Source: Betaproteobacteria bacterium
Lineage (GTDB): Bacteria > Pseudomonadota > Gammaproteobacteria > Burkholderiales > Burkholderiaceae_C
Assembly (NCBI GenBank): GCA_016716535.1
Contig: JADJWD010000005.1
Span: 545,385-609,384, forward strand
Length of the DNA stretch: 64,000 nucleotides
Reading direction: 5' to 3'
The notes beneath the pieces were generated by a model. That model worked only from the letters and a program-made list of their open reading frames with translations, was not told where the DNA came from and made no database searches. A program made the translations under genes and the position numbers. This document shows, piece by piece, positions 36,303 to 48,212 of the stretch; within the stretch, counting starts at the first letter, position 1; every line of letters begins with the position of its first letter.

Positions 36303-37888
36303 GCAGCGGCTCGATGCCCGAAGCCGCCCTGGCGCCGCGCCCCGCAGGGCTGGCTGCGCTGGCGCCCTGGGCGCCCGCCCTCGCGGCGGCGGCGCTCGTG
36401 CTGGCGCTGTTCGGCGACACGTTCGCCTCGATGGTCGCCATCTGGTGGCGCTCGGACACCTACACACACGCCTTCCTCGTGCCGCCGATCGCGCTGTGGC
36501 TGATCTGGCGGCAGCGCGACCGCCTCGACCTTTCGGCCGCGCGCCCGGCGCCGCTGTGGCTGGTGCCGATGGCCGCGGCCTGCGTGCTGTGGCTGCTCGG
36601 CCACCTCGCCGGCGTCGCCGCAGCCACCCACCTGGCCGCGGTGGCGCTGCTCGTCATGGTGGTGCCGGCCGTGCTCGGCCACGCGGTGGCGCGGCAGCTC
36701 GCCTTCCCGCTGTCCTTCCTGCTCTTCGCGGTGCCGGTCGGCGACTTCCTCGTCGAGCCGATGATGCAGGGCACCGCCGACTTCACGGTGCAGGCGCTGC
36801 GCCTGAGCGGCATCCCGGTCTACCGCGAGGGGCTGCAGTTCGTGATCCCCACCGGCAACTGGTCGGTGGTGGAAGCGTGCAGCGGCGTGCGCTACCTCAT
36901 CGCGTCGTTCATGGTCGGCACGCTCTTCGCGTACCTGAACTTCCGCTCGCTCGCCGGCCGGCTCGTCTTCATGGCCGTCTCGCTGGCGGTGCCGGTGGTG
37001 GCCAACTGGCTGCGCGCCTACCTCATCGTGCTGCTCGGCCACGTCTCGGGCAACAAGCTCGCCGCCGGCGCCGACCACCTCATCTACGGCTGGGTGTTCT
37101 TCGGCGTCGTCATCTTCATCATGTTCGCGATCGGCGCGCGGTTCGCGAGCCGCGAGCCCGAAGTGGCCGCGCCGGCTACGGCGGCCAAGCTCGCCGCCGC
37201 GGGCGCCCGCAACGACCGGCGCGCGCCGTGGTTGAGCACCCTCGCCGTGGCGGCGCTGCTCGTCGCCTTCAACCTCGTCGCCTGGCGGCTGGACCAGCCG
37301 GCCAGCTCGACGCCGCAGCTGGCCCTGCCCGACCGCCTGCAAGGCGACTGGGCGCTCGCCGACCCCAACCTGACCACCTGGGCACCGCGCTTCGACAAGC
37401 CGAGCGTCGTGGCCACCGGCACCTACCGCCGCGGCGACGCCGCCGTCGGCGTCTGGCTCGGCCACTACCGCAACCAGGGCGCCGAGCGCAAGCTGATCAC
37501 CTCCACCAACGTCCTCGTGCCTGGCGGCTCGGCCGAGTGGCTGCCGATTGCCGCGCCGGCGCAGGGCGTCCGCCTGGCCGGCAGCGACAGCACAATCACG
37601 CTGCGCGCGACGCTGCTGCGCACGCCGGCCGACCCGAAGGTCGAACCGCGCCAGCGCCTGCGGGTGCTGCAGACCTACCGCATCGGCGGCACGTTCGTCG
37701 GCGGCGACGCGCAAGGCAAGATCCGGCTCGCGCTGCAGCGGCTGCTGGGCCGCGGCGACGACGGCACCGTGCTGCTGCTGTACGCCGAGGTCGACGAGTC
37801 CGCGGCCGGCGCCGCGCTGCTCGAGGACTTCGCCGCGAAGAACCTGCCGGCCCTGGCCGCCGCGGCCGACCAGGCCGCCCGCCGCTGA
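36299..37888 (+). CDS. xrtA: Exosortase A (XrtA) fused to an EpsI-family domain
   Basis: Multi-TM N-terminal half carries exosortase catalytic contexts VVEACSGVRYL and ANWLRAYLIVLLGH. After a further TM helix there is an about-200-aa periplasmic EpsI-like half. The ATG overlaps the upstream GT stop (ATGA at 36299-36302). Confidence 0.85.
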   Translation: MSSGSMPEAALAPRPAGLAALAPWAPALAAAALVLALFGDTFASMVAIWWRSDTYTHAFLVPPIALWLIWRQRDRLDLSAARPAPLWLVPMAAACVLWLLGHLAGVAAATHLAAVALLVMVVPAVLGHAVARQLAFPLSFLLFAVPVGDFLVEPMMQGTADFTVQALRLSGIPVYREGLQFVIPTGNWSVVEACSGVRYLIASFMVGTLFAYLNFRSLAGRLVFMAVSLAVPVVANWLRAYLIVLLGHVSGNKLAAGADHLIYGWVFFGVVIFIMFAIGARFASREPEVAAPATAAKLAAAGARNDRRAPWLSTLAVAALLVAFNLVAWRLDQPASSTPQLALPDRLQGDWALADPNLTTWAPRFDKPSVVATGTYRRGDAAVGVWLGHYRNQGAERKLITSTNVLVPGGSAEWLPIAAPAQGVRLAGSDSTITLRATLLRTPADPKVEPRQRLRVLQTYRIGGTFVGGDAQGKIRLALQRLLGRGDDGTVLLLYAEVDESAAGAALLEDFAAKNLPALAAAADQAARR

Positions 37889-37924
37889 TTCATCCTTCCC
37901 TCCCACCCGAATCCAAAGAACCCC

Positions 37925-39188
<1,264 letters not shown>

Positions 39189-39205
<17 letters not shown>

Positions 39206-40358
39206 GGCGCAGCCGCCTCTCATCTGCCACGTCGTCTACCGCTTCGACACCGGCGGCCTCGAGAACGGCGTCGTCAACCTGATCAACCACATGCCGCGCG
39301 CCGCGGCGCGGCACATGGTCGTGGCGCTGACCGAGGTGTCCGAGGGCTTCGCCGCGCGTGTGCGCCGGCGCGATGTCGAGTTCGTCGCGTTGCGCAAACG
39401 CCCGGGGCACGGGGTGCGCCTCTATCCAGACCTGGTGCGCCTGCTCGAGCGCTGCCGGCCGGCGGTGGTGCACACGCGCAACCTGGCGGCGCTGGAGATG
39501 CAGCCGGCCGCCGCCTGGGCCGGCGTGCCGCTGCGCGTGCACGGCGAGCACGGCCGCGACGCCGACGACATCGACGGCAGCAACCGGCGCCACCAGTGGG
39601 TGCGGCGCGCCTACTCGCCGTTCGTGCACCGCTACGTGGCGCTGTCGCGCGACCTCGGCGACTACCTCGTGCAGCGGGTCGGCATCGGCGAGGCGCGCGT
39701 GCGCCAGATCTACAACGGCGTCGACACGCTGCGCTTCCGGCCGGCCGAGGGGCCGGGCGGCGGCCGCGAACCGCTGCCCGGCAGCCCGTTCAACGACCCG
39801 CGGCTGTGGGTGGTGGGCACGGTCGGGCGCATGATGACCGTGAAGGCGCAGCCGGACCTCGCGCGTGCGTTCGTGCTGGCGTTGCAGCGAACGCCGGCGC
39901 TGCGCGAACGCTTGCGCCTCGTGATGGTGGGCGAGGGCCCGCTGCGCGCCGAGGCCCAGGCCATCCTCGACGCCGCCGGTGTCGCCGGGCTCACCTGGCT
40001 GCCCGGCGAGCGCCACGACGTCCCCGAAGTGATGCGCGCGCTCGACGCCTTCGTGCTGCCCTCGGTCGCCGAAGGAGTGTCGAACACCATCCTCGAGGCG
40101 ATGGCCAGCGGCTTGCCGGTGCTGGCCACGGCGGTGGGAGGCAACGCCGAGCTGGTGAGCGCCCGGCGCACCGGCCTGATCGTGCCGGCCGGCGACGCCG
40201 CGGCGATGGCCGACGGCCTGGCGCGCTGGGCGACGCAGCCCGATGCCGCGCGCTCGCTCGGCCGCGCCGGACGCGTGCGCGCCATGCAGCGCTTCAGCCT
40301 GCAGGCGATGGTCGACGCCTACCTGGCGCTGTACCGCGGCGCCGATTCGGCCGCCTGA
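39189..40358 (+). CDS. Glycosyltransferase family 4 (PEP-CTERM/EpsH1-system associated type)
   Basis: LICHVVYRFDTGGLENGVVNLINHM N-terminus and a C-terminal GT1 motif EGVSNTILEAMASGLPVLAT. The start overlaps the dehydrogenase gene end. Confidence 0.8.
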
Positions 40359-40569
40359 GGGCGGCGCCGTGCGAGAAGTCATGGCCGCGCGCCGTTCGTG
40401 GGCCATTTCCCGCGGCGCGGCCCGCTTATTCCCGGCGTCACCGCCGAGGCGTCGCATACGATGCCCGGCCAGCTTTGGCGTCGTCTGCGGCGCCGGCGCG
40501 AGCCGCTGCTTCGCCGTCGGGCGGCGCGACCCCCGTGCCGCGTGAGCAGCGGCCGAACCACGACACGCC

Positions 40570-42524
40570 ATGTGCGGAATCACCGGCATCTTCGACACCC
40601 GCGACAAGCGCCCCATCGCCCAGGCGGCGCTGGCGCGCATGAACGACGCGCAGCACCACCGCGGCCCCGACGAGGGCAGCGTGCACGTCGAGCCGGGCCT
40701 CGGCTTCGGGCACCGGCGGCTTTCGATCATCGACGTGGCCACCGGCCAGCAGCCGCTGTTCAATGAAGACGGCAGCGTCTGCATCGTCTTCAACGGCGAG
40801 ATCTACAACTACCAGGACCTGATCCCCGAGCTGAAGGCGCTCGGCCACGTCTTCCACACCAAGAGCGACACCGAGTGCATCGTCCACGCCTGGGAGGCGT
40901 GGGGCGAGAAGTGCGTCGAGCGCCTGCGCGGCATGTTCGCCTTCGCGCTGTGGGACCGCAACCGGCAGACGCTGTTCATGGCGCGCGACCGGCTCGGCGT
41001 GAAGCCGCTGTTCTATTCGGTGCTCGACGACGGCATGCTGCTCTTCGGCAGCGAGCTGAAGTCGGTGCTCACGCATGGCGGCATGCGGCGCGACGTCGAC
41101 CCGCTGGCCATCGAGGAGTACTTCGCGCTCGGCTACGTCGCCGAGCCGCGCACGATCTTCAAGCAGGCGAAGAAGCTCGCGCCCGGCCATACGCTCACCT
41201 GGCGGCGCGGCGAGCCCGAGCCCGCGCCGCGGCCCTACTGGGACGTGCGCTTCACGCTCGCCAACCCGATCAGCGCCGAGGACGCCTGCGAAGAGCTGCG
41301 CGCGCGGCTCGCCGAATCGGTGCGCCTGCGCATGATCTCCGAGGTGCCGCTCGGCGCCTTCCTCTCCGGCGGCGTCGATTCGAGCGCCGTCGTCGCGACG
41401 ATGGCGGGCCTGTCGGACCAGCCGGTGCGCACCTGCTCGATCGCCTTCGACGACCCGCAGTTCAACGAGTCGCAGTTCGCGCAGATCGTCGCCGAGCGCT
41501 ACCGCACCGACCACCACGTCGAGACGGTCAAGAGCGACGACTTCGACCTCATCGACACGCTCGCGCACCTGTACGACGAGCCCTACGCCGACAGCTCGGC
41601 GATCCCCACCTACCGCGTCTGCCAGCTCGCGCGCAAGCGCGTCACGGTGGCGCTGTCGGGCGACGGCGGCGACGAGAGCTTCGGCGGCTACCGCCGCTAC
41701 CTGATGCACCTGATGGAAGAGCGCATGCGCACGGCGTTGCCCTACGGGCTGCGCCGGCCGCTGTTCGGCGCGCTCGGCCGCCTGTACCCGAAGGCCGACT
41801 GGGCGCCGCGCATGTTCCGCGCCAAGACCACCTTCGAGGGCATGGCGCGCACGTCGGTCGAGGCCTACTTCCACTCGGTGAGCATCCTGCGCGGGCCGAT
41901 GCGCCGGCAGCTCTTCAGCGCCGCGCTGAAGCGCGAGCTCGGCGGCTACGACGCGCGCGCCGTCTTCGACCGCCACGCCGCCAACGCGCAGACCGACGAC
42001 CCGCTGGCGCTGATCCAGTACCTCGACCTGAAGACCTACCTCGTCGGCGACATCAACACCAAGGTCGACCGCGCCAGCATGGCGCACTCGCTCGAGGTGC
42101 GCGAGCCGCTGATGGACCACCCGCTCGTCGAGTGGCTGGCTTCGCTGCCCTCGAACCTGAAGGTGCGCGGCAACGAAGGCAAGTTCCTGCTGAAGAAGGC
42201 GATGGAGCCGGCGCTGCCGACGACATCCTCTACCGCCCGAAGATGGGCTTCGCGGTGCCGCTGGCGCGCTGGTTCCGCGGCCCGCTGCGCCAGCGTGTGC
42301 GCGAGTCGGTGCTCGGCGAGCGGCTGCTTTCGACCGGCTGGTTCGACGAGGGTTATCTGCGCCACCTGGTCGAAGCGCATCAGAACGGCACGCGCGACTA
42401 CAGCGCGCCGCTGTGGACGCTGTTGATGTTCGAGGCGTTCCTGCGCCAGGGCGTCGAGCAGCGCGTGATGCCGCAGGCGGCGGTGCCGACGGGCAGCGTG
42501 GCCAAGGCCGAGGCCATGGCCTGA
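40570..42524 (+). pseudogene. Asparagine synthase (glutamine-hydrolysing) homologue, exosortase A-associated amidotransferase type; interrupted by a 1-nt deletion
   Basis: MCGITGIF class-II amidotransferase Cys and the PP-loop SGGVDSS. The frame changes at about 42216-42219: ...KKAMEPALP in frame A, then DDILYRPKMGFAVPLARWFRG in frame B. Total length is 1955 nt. Confidence 0.85.
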
Positions 42525-42540
42525 GACGGCGGGGCGACCG

Positions 42541-43779
42541 ATGCGTGTCCTGCACGTCCTGGATCACTCGATCCCGCTGCACAGCGGCTACACCTTCCGC
42601 ACGCTGGCGCTGCTGCGCGAGCAGCGGCGGCTCGGCTGGGAGACCTTCCACCTGACGAGCCCCAAGCACATCGCGCCCTCGGGCCCCGAGGAGACGGTGG
42701 ACGGCTGGCACTTCTACCGTACCGGCGCCGCGAACTCGGCGCTCTCGCGCCTGCCGGGCTTCGGCGAATGGGCGCTGATGAAGGGCGTGCAATCGCGCCT
42801 GCTGGAGGTGGCGCGCCGCGTGCAGCCCGACATCCTGCACGCGCATTCGCCGGTGCTCAACGCCCTTCCGGCGCTGCGCGTCGGGCGCGAACTCGGCATC
42901 CCGGTCGTCTACGAGGTGCGCGCCTTCTGGGAGGATGCCGCCGTCGACCACGGCACCACGTCCGAAGGCAGCCTGCGTTATCGCCTGACCCGCCAGCTGG
43001 AGACGCACGCGCTGCGCCGCGCCGACCACGTCTTCACCATCTGCGAAGGGCTGCGCGGCGACATCGTGGCGCGCGGCATCGCTTCCGGCAAGGTGACGGT
43101 GATCCCGAACGCCGTGGACATCGAGAGCTTCGAGCCCGGCGGCGCGCCCGACGAGGCGCTGAAGGCCCGCCTGGGCCTGGCAGGCGCGACCGTGCTCGGC
43201 TTCATCGGCTCGTTCTATGCCTACGAGGGGCTCGACCTGCTGCTCGCGGCGATGCCGATGCTGCTGGAGAGCGACCCGATGTTGCGCGTGCTGCTGGTCG
43301 GCGGTGGTCCGCAGGAGGCCGCGCTCAAGGCGCAGGCCCAGGCGCTGGGCATCGCCGACAAGGTGGTGTTCACCGGCCGCGTGCCGCACGCGGAGGTTCG
43401 CCACTACTACGATCTCGTCGATGTGCTGGCCTATCCCCGCCACTCGATGCGGCTGACCGAACTGGTGACACCGCTGAAGCCGCTGGAGGCGATGGCGCAG
43501 GGGCGGGTGCTCGTGGCCAGCGACGTGGGCGGGCACCGCGAACTGATCCGCGACGGCCAGACCGGGCAACTCTTCCGCGCCGGCGACGCGCGCGCCCTTG
43601 CGGCCGCCGTGCTGCGCCTCTTGCAGCAGCGAGACCGCTGGCCGCAACTGCGCGCCGCTGGCCGGCGCTTCGTCGAGCAGGAGCGCAACTGGAGCGGTAG
43701 CGCAGGGCGTTACGTTGGCGCTTACGGCCAGGTTCTGGCGGGTCGCGGCATGGCGGCGCCGGCGGCGTTGAGCGCGTAG
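42541..43779 (+). CDS. Glycosyltransferase family 4, exosortase A-system associated type
   Basis: MRVLHVLDHSIPLHSGYTFRT N-terminus with ...VYEVRAFWEDAAVDHG..., and a C-terminal GT1 domain. Confidence 0.8.
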   Translation: MRVLHVLDHSIPLHSGYTFRTLALLREQRRLGWETFHLTSPKHIAPSGPEETVDGWHFYRTGAANSALSRLPGFGEWALMKGVQSRLLEVARRVQPDILHAHSPVLNALPALRVGRELGIPVVYEVRAFWEDAAVDHGTTSEGSLRYRLTRQLETHALRRADHVFTICEGLRGDIVARGIASGKVTVIPNAVDIESFEPGGAPDEALKARLGLAGATVLGFIGSFYAYEGLDLLLAAMPMLLESDPMLRVLLVGGGPQEAALKAQAQALGIADKVVFTGRVPHAEVRHYYDLVDVLAYPRHSMRLTELVTPLKPLEAMAQGRVLVASDVGGHRELIRDGQTGQLFRAGDARALAAAVLRLLQQRDRWPQLRAAGRRFVEQERNWSGSAGRYVGAYGQVLAGRGMAAPAALSA

Positions 43780-43819
43780 CGCACACGCGTCGCGACTTCG
43801 AAGCGCTTGCCGCTGGCCC

Positions 43820-45034
43820 ATGGACCGCCCGATCCGATCGCTGCTGTTCTCGACGCTGTATCCCAGCAGCGCGCGGCCGATTCACGGCATCTTCGTCGAG
43901 ACGCGCCTGCGCGAACTGCTGCAGACAGGCGGCATCGAGACGCGCGTCGTCGCGCCGGTGCCCTGGTTTCCGTCGACGAACCCGCGCTGGGGCGAATGGG
44001 CCCGCATGGCCAGCACGCCGGTGCAGGAGGTCCACAACGGCATCGAAGTGCATCACCCGCGCTACCCGCTGCCGCCCAAGTTGGGCATGACGATGGCGCC
44101 GCTGCTCATCGCCTTGGCCGCGGCGCCGGTGCTGCGCCGGCTGAGGCGTTCGGGCTTCGACTTCGACGTCATCGACGCGCACTACTACTACCCCGACGGC
44201 GTGGCGGCGGCGCTGCTGGCGAAATGGTTCGATCGGCCGGTGACGATCACGGCGCGAGGCACCGACCTCAATCTGATTCCCCAATACACGTTGCCCCGGC
44301 GAATGATTCAGTGGGCGGCCGGGCAGGCGCATGCCTCGATCGGCGTCAGCTCGGCACTGGTGGATGTCTTGCGCGGCTTGGGCCTTCCCGAAGAACGCTT
44401 GCACGTCATGCGCAACGGCGTGGACCTGCAACGGTTCCGGCCGGTGCCTCAACGCGAGGCGCGCGCGATGCTTGGCATCGCAGGCTCAGGGCCGCTGCTG
44501 CTGTCGGTGGGGCACCTCGTCGAGCTGAAGGGCCATCACCTCGTGATCGAAGCGTTGACGCGCTTGTTGCCGCATCACCCGGAAGCTCGGCTCGCCATCG
44601 TTGGTGCCGGTGAGGAGCGCGACCGTTTGATGGAACTGGCCCGCGCGCGGAACCTGAGCGAACGAGTCATCTTCGCCGGGCAGCAGCCTAACGATCGCTT
44701 GCAGACGTGGTACTCGGCAGCCGATGCACTGGTACTGGCCTCCAGCCGCGAAGGCTGGGCCAACGTCCTGCTCGAAGCCATGGCGTGTGGAACGCCCGTG
44801 GTCGCCACGGAAACGGGGGGCACGCCGGAAGTGGTGAGCCCGCAGGTCGGCGTGCTCGTGAGCCGTGACGCGGCGTCACTCGCGGCCGGTGTAGCCCGCC
44901 TGCTGGCAAACACTCCGAAACGCGCTGAAGTGCGCGCCTACGCCGAGACCTTCAGTTGGCGTGCCACGAGTGAGGCCCAGCTGCGGTTGTTCGGCCGTAT
45001 TGCGCATCAGAGAAGCGGCCTCTGCCATGCGTGA
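43820..45034 (+). CDS. Glycosyltransferase family 4
   Basis: LLFSTLYPSSARPIHGIFVETR N-terminus and a GT1 C-terminal motif REGWANVLLEAMACGTPVVATE. Confidence 0.75.
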   Translation: MDRPIRSLLFSTLYPSSARPIHGIFVETRLRELLQTGGIETRVVAPVPWFPSTNPRWGEWARMASTPVQEVHNGIEVHHPRYPLPPKLGMTMAPLLIALAAAPVLRRLRRSGFDFDVIDAHYYYPDGVAAALLAKWFDRPVTITARGTDLNLIPQYTLPRRMIQWAAGQAHASIGVSSALVDVLRGLGLPEERLHVMRNGVDLQRFRPVPQREARAMLGIAGSGPLLLSVGHLVELKGHHLVIEALTRLLPHHPEARLAIVGAGEERDRLMELARARNLSERVIFAGQQPNDRLQTWYSAADALVLASSREGWANVLLEAMACGTPVVATETGGTPEVVSPQVGVLVSRDAASLAAGVARLLANTPKRAEVRAYAETFSWRATSEAQLRLFGRIAHQRSGLCHA

Positions 45035-46337
45035 CATCGTCATTCTGTTGGTCATCGCATGCGGCGCGCTCTACTCGCTGAAGCGGCCATGGGTGGGCGC
45101 GATCCTTTCGGTGTGGATCAGCCTAATGAGCCCCCACATGGAGTTTGGCTGGCTTGCCGCCAGCATGCCAGTCGCACAGGCGGTCGCATTGTCCACCCTG
45201 GTCGGGTGGCTGATGAGCACCGACAGGACGAACCCGTTCGAAGGCGCGCCGACGCGGTGGTTCATGGCGTTCTGGGTCTGGATCTGCGTCACGCTGCCGT
45301 TCTCGTTCTACTTCGGCGCCAGCCTTTCGCTCTGGGAGCGGTCGATGAAGATCAACCTCCTCGTCCTCATGGCCCTGGGCCTTGTCAACACGCGAAAGAA
45401 GCTTGATTGGCTCATCGGCATCATCGTGCTTTCGCTTGGCTACTACGGCGTGAAGGGCGGCATCTTCACGATCTTGACGGGTGGAAACTACCGGGTCTGG
45501 GGACCAGGAGGTTTCGTCCAAGGCAACAACGAGCTTGCTTTGGCGTTGGTGATGTTGCTGCCGATGGTTCGCTACTTCCATTTGCATGCGGCCAACCGGT
45601 ACGTGCGCTGGGCAGCGCTCGGTACATTGATTCTCTTGCCGTTCACGATCCTTGGCTCGCACTCGCGGGGCGCGCTACTGGCCTTGGGAGGAATGGGTGC
45701 GTTCCTGTGGCTCAAGAGTGATCGGAAGATCGTTGGCGGCGCCCTGTTTGTCGCGTTGGCTGTTGCGGTGCTGGCGTTCATGCCCGCGCACTGGTGGGAG
45801 CGGATGGAGACCATCCAGACCTATGAGCAGGATGACTCCGCCCTCGGGCGCATCAATGCCTGGTGGAACGCCTGGAATCTGGCCAAGGCCAACTTCTTCG
45901 GCGGGGGCTTCTCAATCTACACACACGAGGTGTTCGCCAAGTACTCGCCGGAGCCGGACAGAGTGCATGCCGCTCACAGCATCTACTTCCAAGTGCTCGG
46001 CGAACACGGCTTCATTGGGCTGCTCATCTTCCTCGGTATCGGCGGTGCCACTTGGCTGCATTGCCGCAAGCTGATCATCGCTGGCCGACTGGATGCCGAC
46101 CTCAAATGGGCTGCTGACCTTGGCGCGCTGATGCAGGTCAGCATGGTCGGATTTGCGTTGGGCGGTGCATTCCTGAGCCTGGCGTACTTCGATATGCCGT
46201 ACTACCAGATGGCGGTTGTGGTCGTTGCACACCGGCTGGTATCAGCGCATCGCGCCGGGGTTGCTGGTGGGGTTCGAGGTGCCGAGCCGACCGTTGGCGC
46301 ATCGCCTGGTCTGGTACCACCCGGCCGAGTTGCCTGA
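45027..46337 (+). CDS. O-antigen ligase/polymerase-like membrane protein (exosortase A-associated O-glycosylation ligase type)
   Basis: About 10 TM helices, N-terminus MRDIVILLVIACGALYSLKRPWVGAILSVWISLMSPH, and a Wzy_C-like loop (GSHSRGALLALGG). Confidence 0.75.
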   Translation: MRDIVILLVIACGALYSLKRPWVGAILSVWISLMSPHMEFGWLAASMPVAQAVALSTLVGWLMSTDRTNPFEGAPTRWFMAFWVWICVTLPFSFYFGASLSLWERSMKINLLVLMALGLVNTRKKLDWLIGIIVLSLGYYGVKGGIFTILTGGNYRVWGPGGFVQGNNELALALVMLLPMVRYFHLHAANRYVRWAALGTLILLPFTILGSHSRGALLALGGMGAFLWLKSDRKIVGGALFVALAVAVLAFMPAHWWERMETIQTYEQDDSALGRINAWWNAWNLAKANFFGGGFSIYTHEVFAKYSPEPDRVHAAHSIYFQVLGEHGFIGLLIFLGIGGATWLHCRKLIIAGRLDADLKWAADLGALMQVSMVGFALGGAFLSLAYFDMPYYQMAVVVVAHRLVSAHRAGVAGGVRGAEPTVGASPGLVPPGRVA

Positions 46338-46342
46338 GCACT

Positions 46343-47296
46343 ATGTTTCGCGCGCTCTTCTCGGTGCTCTCGCCATCTGGTGCGCGGGCTCGCCTTTCCA
46401 TCTTCATCTTTCACCGTGTGCTGGCCGAGCGCGACCCGCTGTTCCCTGGCGAGGTGACACGGGCGGAGTTCGATGCCATCTGCGGCTGGTTGCGTGGGTG
46501 GTGCAACGTGCTGCCGCTAGGCGTTGCTGCAAAGGCTCTGAAGGACGGCACGTTGCCTTCGCGTGCCGTGGCCATTACCTTCGACGACGGCTACGCCGAC
46601 AACCACGATCAGGCTGCGCCCGTACTGGCACGGCACGGCCTGACGGCCACTTTTTTCATCGCCAGCGGATTCCTCGACGGTGGGCGGATGTGGAACGACA
46701 CCGTCATCGAGTCTGTGCGACGCTGCGGAAAAGCGAGCTTGGACCTGCGCCAGGCGACGGCAGCCGCACTTGACGTTTTGGCACTTGGTACCAATGAAGG
46801 GCGCAGGCAGGCCATCGATCGAATCCTCGCTGCCACCAAGTACCGACCGCCTGCCGAGCGGGCGAGATGGGTGGATGCGATTGCCGAGGCCGCCGAAGTA
46901 ACGCTGCCGAACGACCTGATGATGACTTCGGCGCAGGTTCGCTCGCTGCACCGCTCCGGCATGGAGATTGGTGCCCATACCGTAAGTCACCCGATCCTCC
47001 GTGACCTGCCGATTCCGGCCGCCGAAAAGGAGATCCGAGATGGTCGTCAAGCATTGCAGGAGATCATCGCGGCGCCGGTCCGACTCTTTGCCTACCCGAA
47101 CGGCAAGCCGAGCGTCGACTATTCTTCTCAAAGCGTTGACCTCGTGCGCGAGCTTGGGTTCGACGCAGCGGTGTCTACTGAGCGACGCGCGGCCAATGCA
47201 ACGGACGATTTCTTGCAGTTGCCACGTTATACGCCCTGGGAGCGGACCGAAATGCGGTTCGGGTTGCGTATGGCGCACACGCTTGCGACTACATGA
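46343..47296 (+). CDS. Polysaccharide deacetylase family protein (NodB homology domain)
   Basis: AITFDDGYADNHDQAAPVLARHGLTATFF and GAHTVSHPIL motifs. Confidence 0.75.
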   Translation: MFRALFSVLSPSGARARLSIFIFHRVLAERDPLFPGEVTRAEFDAICGWLRGWCNVLPLGVAAKALKDGTLPSRAVAITFDDGYADNHDQAAPVLARHGLTATFFIASGFLDGGRMWNDTVIESVRRCGKASLDLRQATAAALDVLALGTNEGRRQAIDRILAATKYRPPAERARWVDAIAEAAEVTLPNDLMMTSAQVRSLHRSGMEIGAHTVSHPILRDLPIPAAEKEIRDGRQALQEIIAAPVRLFAYPNGKPSVDYSSQSVDLVRELGFDAAVSTERRAANATDDFLQLPRYTPWERTEMRFGLRMAHTLATT

Positions 47297-47405
47297 CTGT
47301 TGATCATCGTGAGGAAACGCAGGGCTGCGGGCGATGATCGTTTGGCGTGTGAAGCACGCCGTAATTTGGATGACAGGTTCGGCATTTAGTTGGAAGGTTC
47401 TCCGT

Positions 47406-48134
47406 ATGCTAAAGGCCATTCTCGATGCTGCCGGGGTTGAGCTGGTTGCCAAATGGCGTATTCCAAGGGCATCACAAACTGCGTACCTCTCTCGGCTACT
47501 GCGAACTCTCGGTGTTGATTGTGTCCTGGATGTCGGCGCCAATATCGGTCAATACCGAGAGTACCTGCGCAGCCACGTTGGTTTCAAGGGGCCAATAATC
47601 TCGTTTGAGCCGCATCCTGAATGTTTGGCGGTATGTCGACAGTCTATGTCATCCGATTCGCTGTGGCATGTCATGCCGTACGCATTGGGCGCGCAGGCAG
47701 GCAAGATGGATTTTCATCTCACCAAAGATAGTCAATTCAGTTCATTCCTTGAGCCTGAAAACTCAGCGACGCCACAATTCGAGAGTACTAACAAAGTCGA
47801 TCGCACGGTGACAGTCGACGTGGTTCCGCTGGATGATGTCTTGCCCGGGCTCATGAGGCAGTTACGTGTGGGTCGCCCGTTTCTCAAGCTGGATACTCAA
47901 GGGTTTGACCTTGAAGTCCTGAAAGGCGCCTCTAGTTCTCTGAGTTCTATACCTGCTCTCCAGACTGAAATCTCTAACCTGCCGATCTACAAAAACATAT
48001 CAAGTATGGAGGCGGCTTTCCGGCAACTGAGGGAGTGGGGTTGGCAGTTGGGATGCATGTTTCCAACAAACCCGGAGCAGTTTCCCGTTTCTGTGGACTT
48101 CGATACGTATTTCTTGAGATTTGATCCTCGCTAA
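47406..48134 (+). CDS. FkbM-family methyltransferase
   Basis: VLDVGANIGQY SAM motif and FLKLDTQGFDLEVLKGA. The ATG at 47406 has a GGAAGG 8-13 nt upstream; the ORF is open from 47334. Markedly AT-richer than the core locus. Confidence 0.75.
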   Translation: MLKAILDAAGVELVAKWRIPRASQTAYLSRLLRTLGVDCVLDVGANIGQYREYLRSHVGFKGPIISFEPHPECLAVCRQSMSSDSLWHVMPYALGAQAGKMDFHLTKDSQFSSFLEPENSATPQFESTNKVDRTVTVDVVPLDDVLPGLMRQLRVGRPFLKLDTQGFDLEVLKGASSSLSSIPALQTEISNLPIYKNISSMEAAFRQLREWGWQLGCMFPTNPEQFPVSVDFDTYFLRFDPR

Positions 48135-48212
48135 CTTTTCGGGTTTTGGGCGGTTCCGCTTGCTGGTTACACTTTGCATTGACGCGGCCCAGAAGAGGGA
48201 GACGAGGACGCG

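Noticed and set aside
40570-42524. The AsnB-like gene as a lasso-peptide cyclase partnering the PqqD/kinase/nucleotidyltransferase genes.
   Set aside because: It retains the N-terminal MCG glutamine-amidotransferase nucleophile and the full AsnB layout, and lies 16 kb away among glycosyltransferases. No transglutaminase-like leader protease or short precursor is present.
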